Positions 1 through 8,936 of a stretch of 32,000 nt of DNA are shown here, piece by piece. The position numbers and the translations under genes were made by a program. Each line of letters starts with the position of its first letter. The first letter of the stretch is position 1. The notes beneath the pieces were generated by a model. It was not told where the DNA came from. It saw only the letters and a list, made by a program, of their open reading frames with translations, and did not search any database. This DNA is from Candidatus Saccharimonadota bacterium (GTDB taxonomy: Bacteria; Bacteroidota; Bacteroidia; Flavobacteriales; Blattabacteriaceae), in contig NZ_CP059216.1 in the NCBI RefSeq assembly GCF_014252315.1, positions 60,001-92,000 of the forward strand, in the 5' to 3' direction.

Positions 1-342
1 GATTTTGATTTTCATATGAATAATACATTGGGAAAAATGGTGTTAAATCCAGATGTAGTTACAAGAACTAGAGGTGTAATGGAAAAATGTTCTTTATGTA
101 TTCAAAGAACTCAATATTCAATAACAAAAGCAAAAAAAGAAAAAAGAAAAGTAAAAGACAATGAATTTGAAACAGCATGTAGTATTGTTTGTCCTACTAA
201 AGCAATAACATTTGGTGATATTAAAGATAAAAATAGTATTATACGTAAGAAAATAAATAATATAAGATCCTATAAACTTCTTGAGTTTATAGGAATAAGC
301 CCTAATGTCAATTATTTAGTAAAAATAAGAAATGATAAGTAA
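1..342 (+). CDS. actB: Alternative complex III (quinol:cytochrome c oxidoreductase) iron-sulfur subunit ActB, C-terminal part. The 5' end lies upstream of the window.
   Basis: Frame 1 is open from base 1 (DFDFH precedes the listed Met). It carries ferredoxin-like Cys motifs (GVMEKCSLCIQR, ACSIVCPTKAITFGD) and sits directly upstream of the actCDEF-like genes. Confidence 0.75.
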   Translation, partial: DFDFHMNNTLGKMVLNPDVVTRTRGVMEKCSLCIQRTQYSITKAKKEKRKVKDNEFETACSIVCPTKAITFGDIKDKNSIIRKKINNIRSYKLLEFIGISPNVNYLVKIRNDK

Positions 343-354
343 ATAAAAAATATT

Positions 355-1719
355 ATGTTAGATTATTATGAATCTCCCATAAGAGAAAAATTGATTTTAG
401 GAAAAAAAAATATAAAAGATGTTACTAATGATATAGTATATCCTATTGAAAATAAAGCTGGAAAATTTTGGTGGATTTCATTATTTATATCTATTTTCGC
501 ATTTATTTGGGGATTGTTATGCATAATATATACAATAACAAAAGGAATTGGAGTTTGGGGTCTAAATAAAACTATAAATTGGGCTTGGGATATTACTAAT
601 TTTGTTTGGTGGGTTGGAATAGGACATGCTGGAACATTGATATCAGCAGTATTACTTTTATTTCGTCAAAAATGGCGTTTATCTATTAATCGTTCAGCTG
701 AAGCAATGACTATTTTTGCAGTAATACAAGCTGGATTATTTCCAATAATACACATGGGTAGACCATGGAATGCTCATTGGGTTTTACCAATACCAAATCA
801 ATTTGGATCATTGTGGCCTAATTTTAATTCTCCTTTATTGTGGGATGTATTTGCTATTAGTACTTACTTTTCTGTATCAACCATTTTTTGGTTTATTGGA
901 TTAATTCCTGATTTTGCAATGGTTAGGGATAGAATATCAGATCCATTTCAAAAAAGAATATATACTATACTTAGTTTTGGATGGGGAGGAAGTGCTAAAG
1001 ATTGGAAAAGATTTGAAGAAGTTTCTTTAATATTAGCTGGATTATGTACACCACTAGTTTTTTCCGTTCATACTATTGTATCTTTTGATTTTTCAACTTC
1101 TGTAATAAAAGGGTGGCACAGTACTATATTTCCTCCATATTTTGTAGCAGGAGCTATCTTCTCAGGATTTGCTATGGTTCAAACTTTATTAGGAGTTGCT
1201 AGAAAAGCTCTTTCTTTAGAAAATTATATTACTAGAAATCATATTGAATTTATGAATATGATTATTTTATTAACAGGAGGAATAGTTCTAATAGCTTATA
1301 TTTCTGAATATATTCTTGCATGGTATTCTAGTAGTCCTTTTGAAGAATTTATTTATTTTTCCAATAAAGCAGCTTTTGGTCCATTTTGGTGGGCTTTTTG
1401 GTTATTAATTATATGTAATATTATTATTCCACAATTTTTATGGATAAAAAAAATAAGAAGAAGTTTTTTTTGGTCATATTTAATAGCAATAATTATTAAT
1501 ATAGGTATGTGGTTTGAAAGATTTGATATTATAGTTTTAAATTTAAGTCGTGATTATCTTCCTTCTTCTTGGACTGGATTTACTCCATCATTTATAGATG
1601 TAGGAATTTTCATAGGAACAATAGGTTTATTTTTTACATTATATTTATTATACATACGTGTATTTCCTGTTATATCTCAATCTGAATTAAAAACAATTAT
1701 AAAACAAACAGATAAATAG
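355..1719 (+). CDS. actC: Alternative complex III quinol-binding membrane subunit ActC (NrfD/PsrC-like polytopic membrane protein)
   Basis: 454 aa polytopic membrane protein with NrfD-like conserved stretches (WGLNKTINWAWDITNFVWWVGIGHAGTLISA, HMGRPW). Position in the act operon supports the call. Confidence 0.8.
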   Translation: MLDYYESPIREKLILGKKNIKDVTNDIVYPIENKAGKFWWISLFISIFAFIWGLLCIIYTITKGIGVWGLNKTINWAWDITNFVWWVGIGHAGTLISAVLLLFRQKWRLSINRSAEAMTIFAVIQAGLFPIIHMGRPWNAHWVLPIPNQFGSLWPNFNSPLLWDVFAISTYFSVSTIFWFIGLIPDFAMVRDRISDPFQKRIYTILSFGWGGSAKDWKRFEEVSLILAGLCTPLVFSVHTIVSFDFSTSVIKGWHSTIFPPYFVAGAIFSGFAMVQTLLGVARKALSLENYITRNHIEFMNMIILLTGGIVLIAYISEYILAWYSSSPFEEFIYFSNKAAFGPFWWAFWLLIICNIIIPQFLWIKKIRRSFFWSYLIAIIINIGMWFERFDIIVLNLSRDYLPSSWTGFTPSFIDVGIFIGTIGLFFTLYLLYIRVFPVISQSELKTIIKQTDK

Positions 1720-1724
1720 ATATT

Positions 1725-2240
1725 ATGTTGTATTACATATTATATGATAATGAAAATGGTCTTATAAAGAGTATAAAAAATTTGAATAAAAATAAAAATT
1801 GTTTTATACAAGATATTTATTCACCATATCCTATTCATGAAGTAAATCATTTACTTAATTTATGCGAAACAAATTTATCAATTTTATCTTTTGTATATGG
1901 TTTTTTAGGATTTTTATTTTCAAGTTTATTAATATGGTATACTATGATTTTTGATTGGCCACAAAATATAGGAGGAAAACCCTCTTATTCTTGGATAAGA
2001 AATTTCCCATCTTTTATTCCTGTAATATTTGAATTAATTATCTTTTTTTCTGCACATTTTATGTGTATAACTTATTTAATTCAATGCAATTTATATCCAG
2101 GACGTACACAAAAAAATCCAGATCCAAGAACAACTGATGACATGTTTTTAATAAAAATTTATATTAAAAATGATATAGAATATATAATAAATCTACTAAA
2201 AAAAAATGGAGCAAAAGAAATTAAATTAATAAAAAAATGA
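1725..2240 (+). CDS. actD: Alternative complex III membrane subunit ActD (DUF3341-like)
   Basis: 171 aa with two predicted TM helices and the expected size and position between actC and the cytochrome c subunit. It has a 4-nt ATGA overlap with the next gene. Confidence 0.65.
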   Translation: MLYYILYDNENGLIKSIKNLNKNKNCFIQDIYSPYPIHEVNHLLNLCETNLSILSFVYGFLGFLFSSLLIWYTMIFDWPQNIGGKPSYSWIRNFPSFIPVIFELIIFFSAHFMCITYLIQCNLYPGRTQKNPDPRTTDDMFLIKIYIKNDIEYIINLLKKNGAKEIKLIKK

Positions 2241-2869
2241 AAATAAGTTTAAAACATATTTATTATTCTATTTTGTTTTTTATTTCTATAACAATTATAA
2301 TGTTATCATTCTATTTTTTTATCTTTAATAATAAAAAAAATCCAAATATAGTATATATGCCTGATATGTATTATTCTAATGCATATGAACCATATTCAGA
2401 TCCAAATTTTTCCTGTAAAAAAGATTGTAAAAAAATAAAAATACCTTTTTTTTTAAAAAAAAAAACATCTTCTCTTTTTCCTGTTAATGGATCTATTCCT
2501 AGAACAAAATTTTTTGATAAGATTTCTGATTCTATTTCAAAAAATGGATTTGATTTTTCTAAAAAAATTAATGATTATAATTTTATTTTAAAAAATAAAA
2601 AAAATGAAAATTATGAAGAGGGAAAAAAATTATATAATATAAATTGTTCTATATGTCATGGAGAAAACGGTGATGGACAAGGATTTTTAGTAAAAAACGA
2701 AAAAATTTTAGGAGTTCCTAATTATAAAGATAGAGATCTTACTTTAGGTAGTGTATATTATGTAATAACATATGGTAAAAATAATATGAATTCTTATACT
2801 TATCAACTAAATAATGAAGATAGATGGGAAGTTTCTAAATATGTAATGTATATAAGAAACAAAAAATAA
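2237..2869 (+). CDS. actE: Alternative complex III monoheme cytochrome c subunit ActE
   Basis: Single CxxCH haem motif (CSICH, codons starting at 2645), an N-terminal TM anchor, and operon context. Confidence 0.75.
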   Translation: MKISLKHIYYSILFFISITIIMLSFYFFIFNNKKNPNIVYMPDMYYSNAYEPYSDPNFSCKKDCKKIKIPFFLKKKTSSLFPVNGSIPRTKFFDKISDSISKNGFDFSKKINDYNFILKNKKNENYEEGKKLYNINCSICHGENGDGQGFLVKNEKILGVPNYKDRDLTLGSVYYVITYGKNNMNSYTYQLNNEDRWEVSKYVMYIRNKK

Positions 2870-2887
2870 AAAAACAAATATATATAA

Positions 2888-4099
2888 ATGAATTTTAAAT
2901 TATTAAAGAAAATTATTATAGCTATAATTATAATAGGATTATTATTAATTATATATCATGGAATTAATTCATATTTTTATAATAAAAATAGTTTTTTAAA
3001 TATAATTATGGAAAAAAAGTTATGGATCGGATTATATGTATCTTCTATTTATTTCATAACTTTATCTATTGGTTCATTTTTATTTTTATCAATTCAAAAT
3101 GCATCAAAATCTGGATGGTCTATTATAATACATCCAATTATGGAAAAAATATCATCTTTTATTCCTTATGGAAGTATTATCTTATTTTATATTATATTAT
3201 TAAATATATTTAATAAAAATATTTGCATATTTAACTGGATGAATAATAATTTATATAACCCACATTCAATTGAATACGATAAAATTATTGAAAAAAAAAA
3301 TATATATTTAAATATTCCATTTTTTATTGTTAGAAATTTTATATTTTTACTATTATGCAATATTTTTTATTTTAAAATAAAAAATATATCTAAAAAACTA
3401 AATATATCTTATTCTATTAATGATTATAAAAAATTATACTCTATATCTATTTATTTTATTATATTTTTTTCAATTACATCTCCATTAATATCTTGGGATT
3501 GGATAATGTCATTAAATCCTCATTGGCTTAGTACTTTATTCGGATGGTATTTACTAAGTGGATTTATTGTTACAGGAATTTCTTTTATTACAATAATATC
3601 AATAATTCTAAAGAAAAAAAAATTATTTCCTTTTTTTAAAGAAAGTCATTTACATGATTTAAGCAAATATTTATTTTCTAGTAGTTTACTATGGAGTTAT
3701 TTTTGGCTGTCACAATTTTTATTATATTGGTATGGAAATATTCCAGAAGAAATATATTATTTTTTGAAAAGAGAAAAAATTTTTCATAATATTCATTTAT
3801 GGATATTAATTCCAAATTTTTTAATTCCATTGTTATTACTAATGAGTAAAAATAACAAAAAAAATATAAAAATAGTTTTTACTGTTTCCATAATTGTTTT
3901 AATTGGACATTATATAAATATATATAATTTAATAGTTCCTGATTTAAGTAATAATTTTTCAGTTGAAATAACAGATATAAGTCCTATATTAATAATAGGA
4001 GGATTATTTCTTTATATAATATTTACAAATATTAATAATTCAAAAATAAATTATTATGGACATCCTTTTTATCATGAAAGTAAACAACATAAAACATAA
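2888..4099 (+). CDS. actF: Alternative complex III membrane subunit ActF (second NrfD-like, quinol:cytochrome c oxidoreductase quinone-binding subunit 2)
   Basis: 403 aa polytopic membrane protein and the last gene of the act cluster. The sequence is highly degenerate and low in complexity, so the call rests mainly on context and topology. Confidence 0.6.
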   Translation: MNFKLLKKIIIAIIIIGLLLIIYHGINSYFYNKNSFLNIIMEKKLWIGLYVSSIYFITLSIGSFLFLSIQNASKSGWSIIIHPIMEKISSFIPYGSIILFYIILLNIFNKNICIFNWMNNNLYNPHSIEYDKIIEKKNIYLNIPFFIVRNFIFLLLCNIFYFKIKNISKKLNISYSINDYKKLYSISIYFIIFFSITSPLISWDWIMSLNPHWLSTLFGWYLLSGFIVTGISFITIISIILKKKKLFPFFKESHLHDLSKYLFSSSLLWSYFWLSQFLLYWYGNIPEEIYYFLKREKIFHNIHLWILIPNFLIPLLLLMSKNNKKNIKIVFTVSIIVLIGHYINIYNLIVPDLSNNFSVEITDISPILIIGGLFLYIIFTNINNSKINYYGHPFYHESKQHKT

Positions 4100-4112
4100 T
4101 ATATTAAAAAAA

Positions 4113-4841
4113 TTAAATACAGAATTTTTTATCGATATCTTTTATTTCTTTATCTTTTATAAAATTCATAATAGATATATTAGAACCAAATATTGTTAAT
4201 ATATCTCCTATTTGCAAAACAGTATCTCCTGTAACTAATCCTATTACTTTTCTATCTGAATCTTCACTATTAAAATAATATTTTATATTACCACTAATAT
4301 TACGAATAACAGTAATTAAGGAAACAGAATACTTTTTAATTAGATTTACATTTTTAACCTTTTTTCCAATAAAATCTTCTGGAGAAAAAACTTCTGCAAT
4401 AGAATATTTATTATCTACTCTAAAATAATCTAATGCATAATTAAATGCTATTTGTTTAGTTAATCTAAATGCAGCATCTTGTTCTGGATGTACTATATCA
4501 TTAATTCCCATAGCTTCTAATATTGTATCATGAATTCTAGATAAAGATCTACTTATTATTCTAAGATTTTTATATTTATTTTTTAGGATAGCTGTTGCAA
4601 CTATAGAAGATCCTTCATTTTCTCCTATAGCTACTATAGCTAAATCAGCTTGATGAATAGGTAATGCTTCATAAGCAGCTTCATTATTAGCATCCATACA
4701 AACTACATCAGAAATATGTTCTTTCAATAAATCAATTTTTTCCATTTTACAATCTATACCAAATACTTCATGACCATTATTTGTTAAATTAATTGCTAAA
4801 GATCTTCCAAAATTTCCTAGACCAATAATTATAACTTTCAT
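4113..4841 (-). CDS. trkA: Potassium uptake system NAD-binding peripheral subunit (TrkA/KtrA family: TrkA-N plus TrkA-C)
   Basis: N-terminal Rossmann motif MKVIIIGLGNFGRSLA, 242 aa, located immediately downstream of the TrkH-like gene (7-nt gap). Confidence 0.8.
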   Translation of the reverse strand: MKVIIIGLGNFGRSLAINLTNNGHEVFGIDCKMEKIDLLKEHISDVVCMDANNEAAYEALPIHQADLAIVAIGENEGSSIVATAILKNKYKNLRIISRSLSRIHDTILEAMGINDIVHPEQDAAFRLTKQIAFNYALDYFRVDNKYSIAEVFSPEDFIGKKVKNVNLIKKYSVSLITVIRNISGNIKYYFNSEDSDRKVIGLVTGDTVLQIGDILTIFGSNISIMNFIKDKEIKDIDKKFCI

Positions 4842-4848
4842 TAATATA

Positions 4849-6612
4849 TTATATTAAAATATTTTCTTCAGGAAGTTTATAGTAATTATTAAAATTAATT
4901 TTATTTTTTCTTAAAAAACTAATTACTATATTAAAAATACCTATTCTTCCTAATAACATTAATAAAATTAAAATCAATTTACTAACAGTTGACAAGCTAG
5001 ATGTAATACCTAAAGATAATCCTGTAGTAGAAAAAGCAGAAAATACCTCAAAAAAAATAGATAAAATATTTTTTTCTGGATCAAAAAATAATATAAATAA
5101 AACACTTGTATATATAATAATTAAAGATAACATAATAATAGAAAAAGCTATTCTTATAGATTCTCTAGAAATTTCTCTTCTCCTTATTTCTAATCTATCT
5201 TTTCCTTTATATAAAGAAATTATATTCATAATAGCTAATGCAAAAGTACTTGTTTTTATTCCACCTCCAGTAGATGCAGGAGAAGCTCCTATCCACATTA
5301 AAAATATGGTTACTAATATAGTAATAGGATTTAAATTATTCATATTCAATACATTAAATCCAGCTGTTCTTGCTGTAACAGATGAAAAAAAAGAAATAAT
5401 CCATTTTCCATATAAAGATGAATGTTTTTCAAGAGAAAAATAATATTCACTTATGTAATAAAATATAGTACCAAAAATTATGAGAAAAAAAGTTGTTATA
5501 ATAACAATTCTTGTATTTAAAGTTACTATGTTAATAGGTGGTCTTATATACTCATGTTTAAAAATTTTATAGAAACATTTTTTTATATTTAACCAAAATA
5601 AATGAAAAAAATTAAATAATATATTAAACCCTATTCCACCTAAAATTATTAGAAATGCAATAATTAATTGAAAACAATAATTAAATCTTATAAATTTAGA
5701 ATAAAATCCCTGACTAAGAATAGAGAATCCACTATTACAAAAAGCTGATATAGAATGAAAAATTGAAAAAAATAATAAATTATTATATTCTATCATAGAA
5801 ATATTTATTCCACTATTTTTAATACATAAATAAATTAATAATGATCCTATTAATTCTATAATAATTGTAAAAAAAACAACTTTTACAGCAAAAAGTAAAA
5901 CATTATTTGTTGTTTTTGTATTTAGAAAACTACTAACAAAAACTGCTTCTTTGAACGAAAATCCATTTCTAAAAAAATAATTTAAAAAAGAAGTAATAGT
6001 TAAAATGCCTAATCCACCTAATTCTATTAATATTAATAAAATAATTTTTCCTATAAAAGTAAAATCTTTAGATGTATCTAAAACAATTAATCCAGTAACA
6101 CATACAGCGCTAGTAGAAGTAAATAATGCATCTATAAATGATATATTTCTAACTGTAGATGCTGGTAACATTAATAAAATAGATCCCAAAAAAACTAAAA
6201 AAATGAAACTCATAATAAATATGAAAATTGGATTGTGTATTTTCATATATATTTTTTTCATTGAATATGTAATACGTATTAATATATATATTACTAAACT
6301 TATAATTGAAGATATTCTTATTATAGAATAATTTTTATTTTTTATAAAATAAATTTTTGTTAAAAATAAAACTATAGGAATAAATAATATTAAAGAAGAT
6401 AAAAATATCATAGATTTATAGTCTCTTTCTAATTTTTTATCAAAAAGTATAAAAAAATGCATTATGTTAATAACAAATATTATTCCAATTAGAATTTTAG
6501 TATTAAGAATATTGTTATTATACTCTTTCCACCACCCTAAATGTATAATTATATAAAAAAATACAATAGGATAAAATATTTCTAGAATATTCTTAATTTT
6601 ATTAAGAATCAT
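4849..6612 (-). CDS. trkH: Potassium transporter membrane subunit (TrkH/KtrB family)
   Basis: 587 aa polytopic protein with TrkH-type pore-loop stretches (TSAVCVTGL, FCNSGFS, TARTAGFN, ASTGGGIKT, STTGLSLG). It is paired with trkA. Confidence 0.8.
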   Translation of the reverse strand: MILNKIKNILEIFYPIVFFYIIIHLGWWKEYNNNILNTKILIGIIFVINIMHFFILFDKKLERDYKSMIFLSSLILFIPIVLFLTKIYFIKNKNYSIIRISSIISLVIYILIRITYSMKKIYMKIHNPIFIFIMSFIFLVFLGSILLMLPASTVRNISFIDALFTSTSAVCVTGLIVLDTSKDFTFIGKIILLILIELGGLGILTITSFLNYFFRNGFSFKEAVFVSSFLNTKTTNNVLLFAVKVVFFTIIIELIGSLLIYLCIKNSGINISMIEYNNLLFFSIFHSISAFCNSGFSILSQGFYSKFIRFNYCFQLIIAFLIILGGIGFNILFNFFHLFWLNIKKCFYKIFKHEYIRPPINIVTLNTRIVIITTFFLIIFGTIFYYISEYYFSLEKHSSLYGKWIISFFSSVTARTAGFNVLNMNNLNPITILVTIFLMWIGASPASTGGGIKTSTFALAIMNIISLYKGKDRLEIRRREISRESIRIAFSIIMLSLIIIYTSVLFILFFDPEKNILSIFFEVFSAFSTTGLSLGITSSLSTVSKLILILLMLLGRIGIFNIVISFLRKNKINFNNYYKLPEENILI

Positions 6613-6689
6613 AAGTATTTATTATTTATTTAAAGTAACATTAAAAATTTATTATTTTTAAATTCAATTGAATATTTTATAATAAAAAA

Positions 6690-7340
6690 TTACAAATATA
6701 TTGGACTAATATTGTTTACATTAACAAATTTTTTTTTAAAAAATTTTTTATAAGATATATAAATCATTTCTAATGCAGAAGGATTAGAAAAAATCATTTT
6801 TTTAACATTTTTTTCTGATATAGGAAATAATAAATTTCCTATTATATATAAATGATTTTTTTTATTTATTTTTTGTATAAATTCTTTATTATTTTCAATA
6901 AATATAGGAGTAATTCTTTTTTTATTTATATTAAATAATGAAGTATAAAAATAATTTTTTTTTGCATATAATGTTGGAACTATAAGTATATTTTTATTGA
7001 AATTATTATTTATTTTTTCTATATTTATTTTTTGTATTAAAATTGTTAAAGTATCTAAAAATAATAAAGGAATATTTAATGATATACATAATCCTTTTGC
7101 AGCAGATATTCCAACTCTTAAAGATGAATATGATCCAGGACCTATATTTACGCAAATAGATTCAATATTTTTAATATTAATTTTTGCTATTTCTAATGCA
7201 TATTGAATAAACATATGTAATTTTTCTGAATGTAAATATTGTTCTGAATTCTCTTCAACAAGAACCATATTTTTTCCATTATTAGAAATACAAACAGAAC
7301 AATTTTTTGTTGATGTTTCTATATTAAGTATTAAAGACAT
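6690..7340 (-). CDS. tsaB: tRNA threonylcarbamoyladenosine (t6A) biosynthesis protein TsaB (YeaZ family)
   Basis: N-terminus ILNIETSTKNCSVCI and the GPGSYSSLRVGISAAKGL motif are typical of TsaB/YeaZ. Length is 216 aa. Confidence 0.75.
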   Translation of the reverse strand: MSLILNIETSTKNCSVCISNNGKNMVLVEENSEQYLHSEKLHMFIQYALEIAKINIKNIESICVNIGPGSYSSLRVGISAAKGLCISLNIPLLFLDTLTILIQKINIEKINNNFNKNILIVPTLYAKKNYFYTSLFNINKKRITPIFIENNKEFIQKINKKNHLYIIGNLLFPISEKNVKKMIFSNPSALEMIYISYKKFFKKKFVNVNNISPIYL

Positions 7341-7353
7341 AATATAAATTTAT

Positions 7354-8142
7354 ATGATAAAAATTAAAGTCAATAAAATTATTAGTTATATAGTATCTTG
7401 GTTAAAAGAATATATAAAAAATTCTTATTCAAAAGGATTTGTTATAGGTATATCTGGAGGCATTGATTCTTCTGTAACATCAGTACTAACATCTATGACA
7501 GGTATACCTACAATGGTTATAGAGATTCCTATTATAGAAAATAGAAATATTCTTGCTAAAAAACATGCAAAATTTCTATTATCAAATTATTCAAATGTTT
7601 TTTATTTAAAAAAAGATTTACATAATTTTTTTAATTTTTTTTGTAAAAATATTGCATTTAAAAATCATATAAATAATGATTTAGCATTAGCAAATGTACA
7701 ATCTAGAATGCGAATGATTATGTTATACTATTATGCAAATTTAAATAATTATATTGTTGTTGGAACAGGAAATAAAATAGAAGATTTTGGTATTGGATTT
7801 TTTACTAAATATGGAGATGGAGGTGTAGATATACAACCAATAGCTGATTTAAATAAAAGTGAAATACGTCTTCTTGCTAAAGAATTAAATATTATTTCTG
7901 AAATTCAAAAAGCTAAACCAACTGATGGATTATGGAAAGATAATCGTTCTGATGAAGAACAAATAGGATTATCTTATGATAATTTAGAATGGGCTATGAA
8001 TATTATGTTATTTAAGAAAAACAATAATATCTTTTCTAAAAATAAAATTATTAAAAAATATAAATATTTACATTCAAAAAATAAACATAAAATAGATAAA
8101 ATTCCAATTTGTAATATTCCTTCTTCTTATAAAGAAAAATGA
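7354..8142 (+). CDS. nadE: NH3-dependent NAD+ synthetase
   Basis: PP-loop motif GISGGIDSSV plus conserved GTGNKIEDFGIGFFTKYGDGGVD and KPTDGLW. Length is 262 aa. Confidence 0.85.
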   Translation: MIKIKVNKIISYIVSWLKEYIKNSYSKGFVIGISGGIDSSVTSVLTSMTGIPTMVIEIPIIENRNILAKKHAKFLLSNYSNVFYLKKDLHNFFNFFCKNIAFKNHINNDLALANVQSRMRMIMLYYYANLNNYIVVGTGNKIEDFGIGFFTKYGDGGVDIQPIADLNKSEIRLLAKELNIISEIQKAKPTDGLWKDNRSDEEQIGLSYDNLEWAMNIMLFKKNNNIFSKNKIIKKYKYLHSKNKHKIDKIPICNIPSSYKEK

Positions 8143-8153
8143 TAAAAATATTG

Positions 8154-8190
8154 TTTTTGTAATTTTGTTTTTTTTAACAAAATACAAAAA
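8154..8190 (+). terminator. Long AT-only hairpin between nadE and folE: about 15 bp stem with one bulged A and a T6 loop. Candidate intrinsic terminator or RNA structure.
   Basis: Left arm TTTTTGTAATTTTGTT (8154-8169), loop TTTTTT (8170-8175), right arm AACAAAATACAAAAA (8176-8190). Pairing was checked base by base. Confidence 0.35.
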
Positions 8191-8203
8191 TTATTAATAA
8201 TAA

Positions 8204-8211
8204 TATATTTG
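8204..8211 (+). promoter_or_regulatory. Candidate Bacteroidota -7 promoter box (TATATTTG matches TAnnTTTG) for folE
   Basis: Perfect match to the Bacteroidota sigma-A -7 consensus, ending 7 nt before the folE ATG at 8219. Such 8-mers also occur by chance in AT-rich DNA. Confidence 0.3.
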
Positions 8212-8218
8212 ATCTAAT

Positions 8219-8926
8219 ATGAATTATAACATAATGATAATTAAAGATCATAAAATAAAAAAAAATGAAGATTTTTCTGTAGAAAAAATAGTTAATATTG
8301 ATAAAAATCAATTAATTGAAAAAATAACAGAAAAATATACCATTAATAAAGAAAAAATGAAAAAAATTTTAAAAATAGAAAAACATTTTTTTCATATTAT
8401 GAAAGTTTTAGGATTAGATATGAATAATGATAGTTTAAAAAAAACTCCAAATCGTGTTGCAAGAATGTTTGTAGAAGAAATATTTAGTGGACTTTTTTCA
8501 GAAAATAAACCTAGATCATCTGTCTTTAATAATAATTATAGATACAAACAAATGATTATTGAAAAAAATATTACAGTTTATTCTACTTGTGAGCATCATT
8601 TTTTACCAATAATTGGAAAAGCTCATGTTGGATATATATCAAGTGGTAAAGTATTAGGATTATCTAAAATAAATAGAATTGTAGATTTCTATTCCAAAAG
8701 ACCACAAGTACAAGAACGTTTAACAATACAAATTGTTGATTATTTAAAAAAAATATTACATACTAATGATGTAGCATGTATAATAGAAGCAAAACATTTA
8801 TGCGTTAATTCACGTGGAATTAAAGATACAGATAGTAGTACTACTACTACTGAATTAACTGGAAATTTTAAAAATAATTCTGATATTAGAAAAGAATTTT
8901 TTCATCATATAAAATCATATTATTAA
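8219..8926 (+). CDS. folE: GTP cyclohydrolase I
   Basis: Conserved core TPNRVARMF, VYSTCEHHFLPIIGKAHVGY, RPQVQERLT and KHLCVNSRG, preceded by a low-complexity N-terminal extension of about 45 aa. Confidence 0.85.
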   Translation: MNYNIMIIKDHKIKKNEDFSVEKIVNIDKNQLIEKITEKYTINKEKMKKILKIEKHFFHIMKVLGLDMNNDSLKKTPNRVARMFVEEIFSGLFSENKPRSSVFNNNYRYKQMIIEKNITVYSTCEHHFLPIIGKAHVGYISSGKVLGLSKINRIVDFYSKRPQVQERLTIQIVDYLKKILHTNDVACIIEAKHLCVNSRGIKDTDSSTTTTELTGNFKNNSDIRKEFFHHIKSYY

Positions 8927-8936
8927 TATTTGAAAT

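Noticed and set aside
3022-3213. 63-aa plus-strand ORF nested in a different frame inside actF
   Set aside because: It is entirely contained in a longer, context-supported membrane-protein gene. Its I/Y/F/K-rich composition is typical of off-frame translation of AT-rich DNA, and it has no recognisable motif.
6005-6331. 108-aa ORF antisense to trkH
   Set aside because: This is a shadow ORF opposite a well-supported TrkH-family gene, with low complexity and no motif or independent signal. The same reasoning applies to the antisense ORFs at 6997-7206 (opposite tsaB), 17896-18099 (opposite grpE) and 23715-23900 (opposite ilvB).
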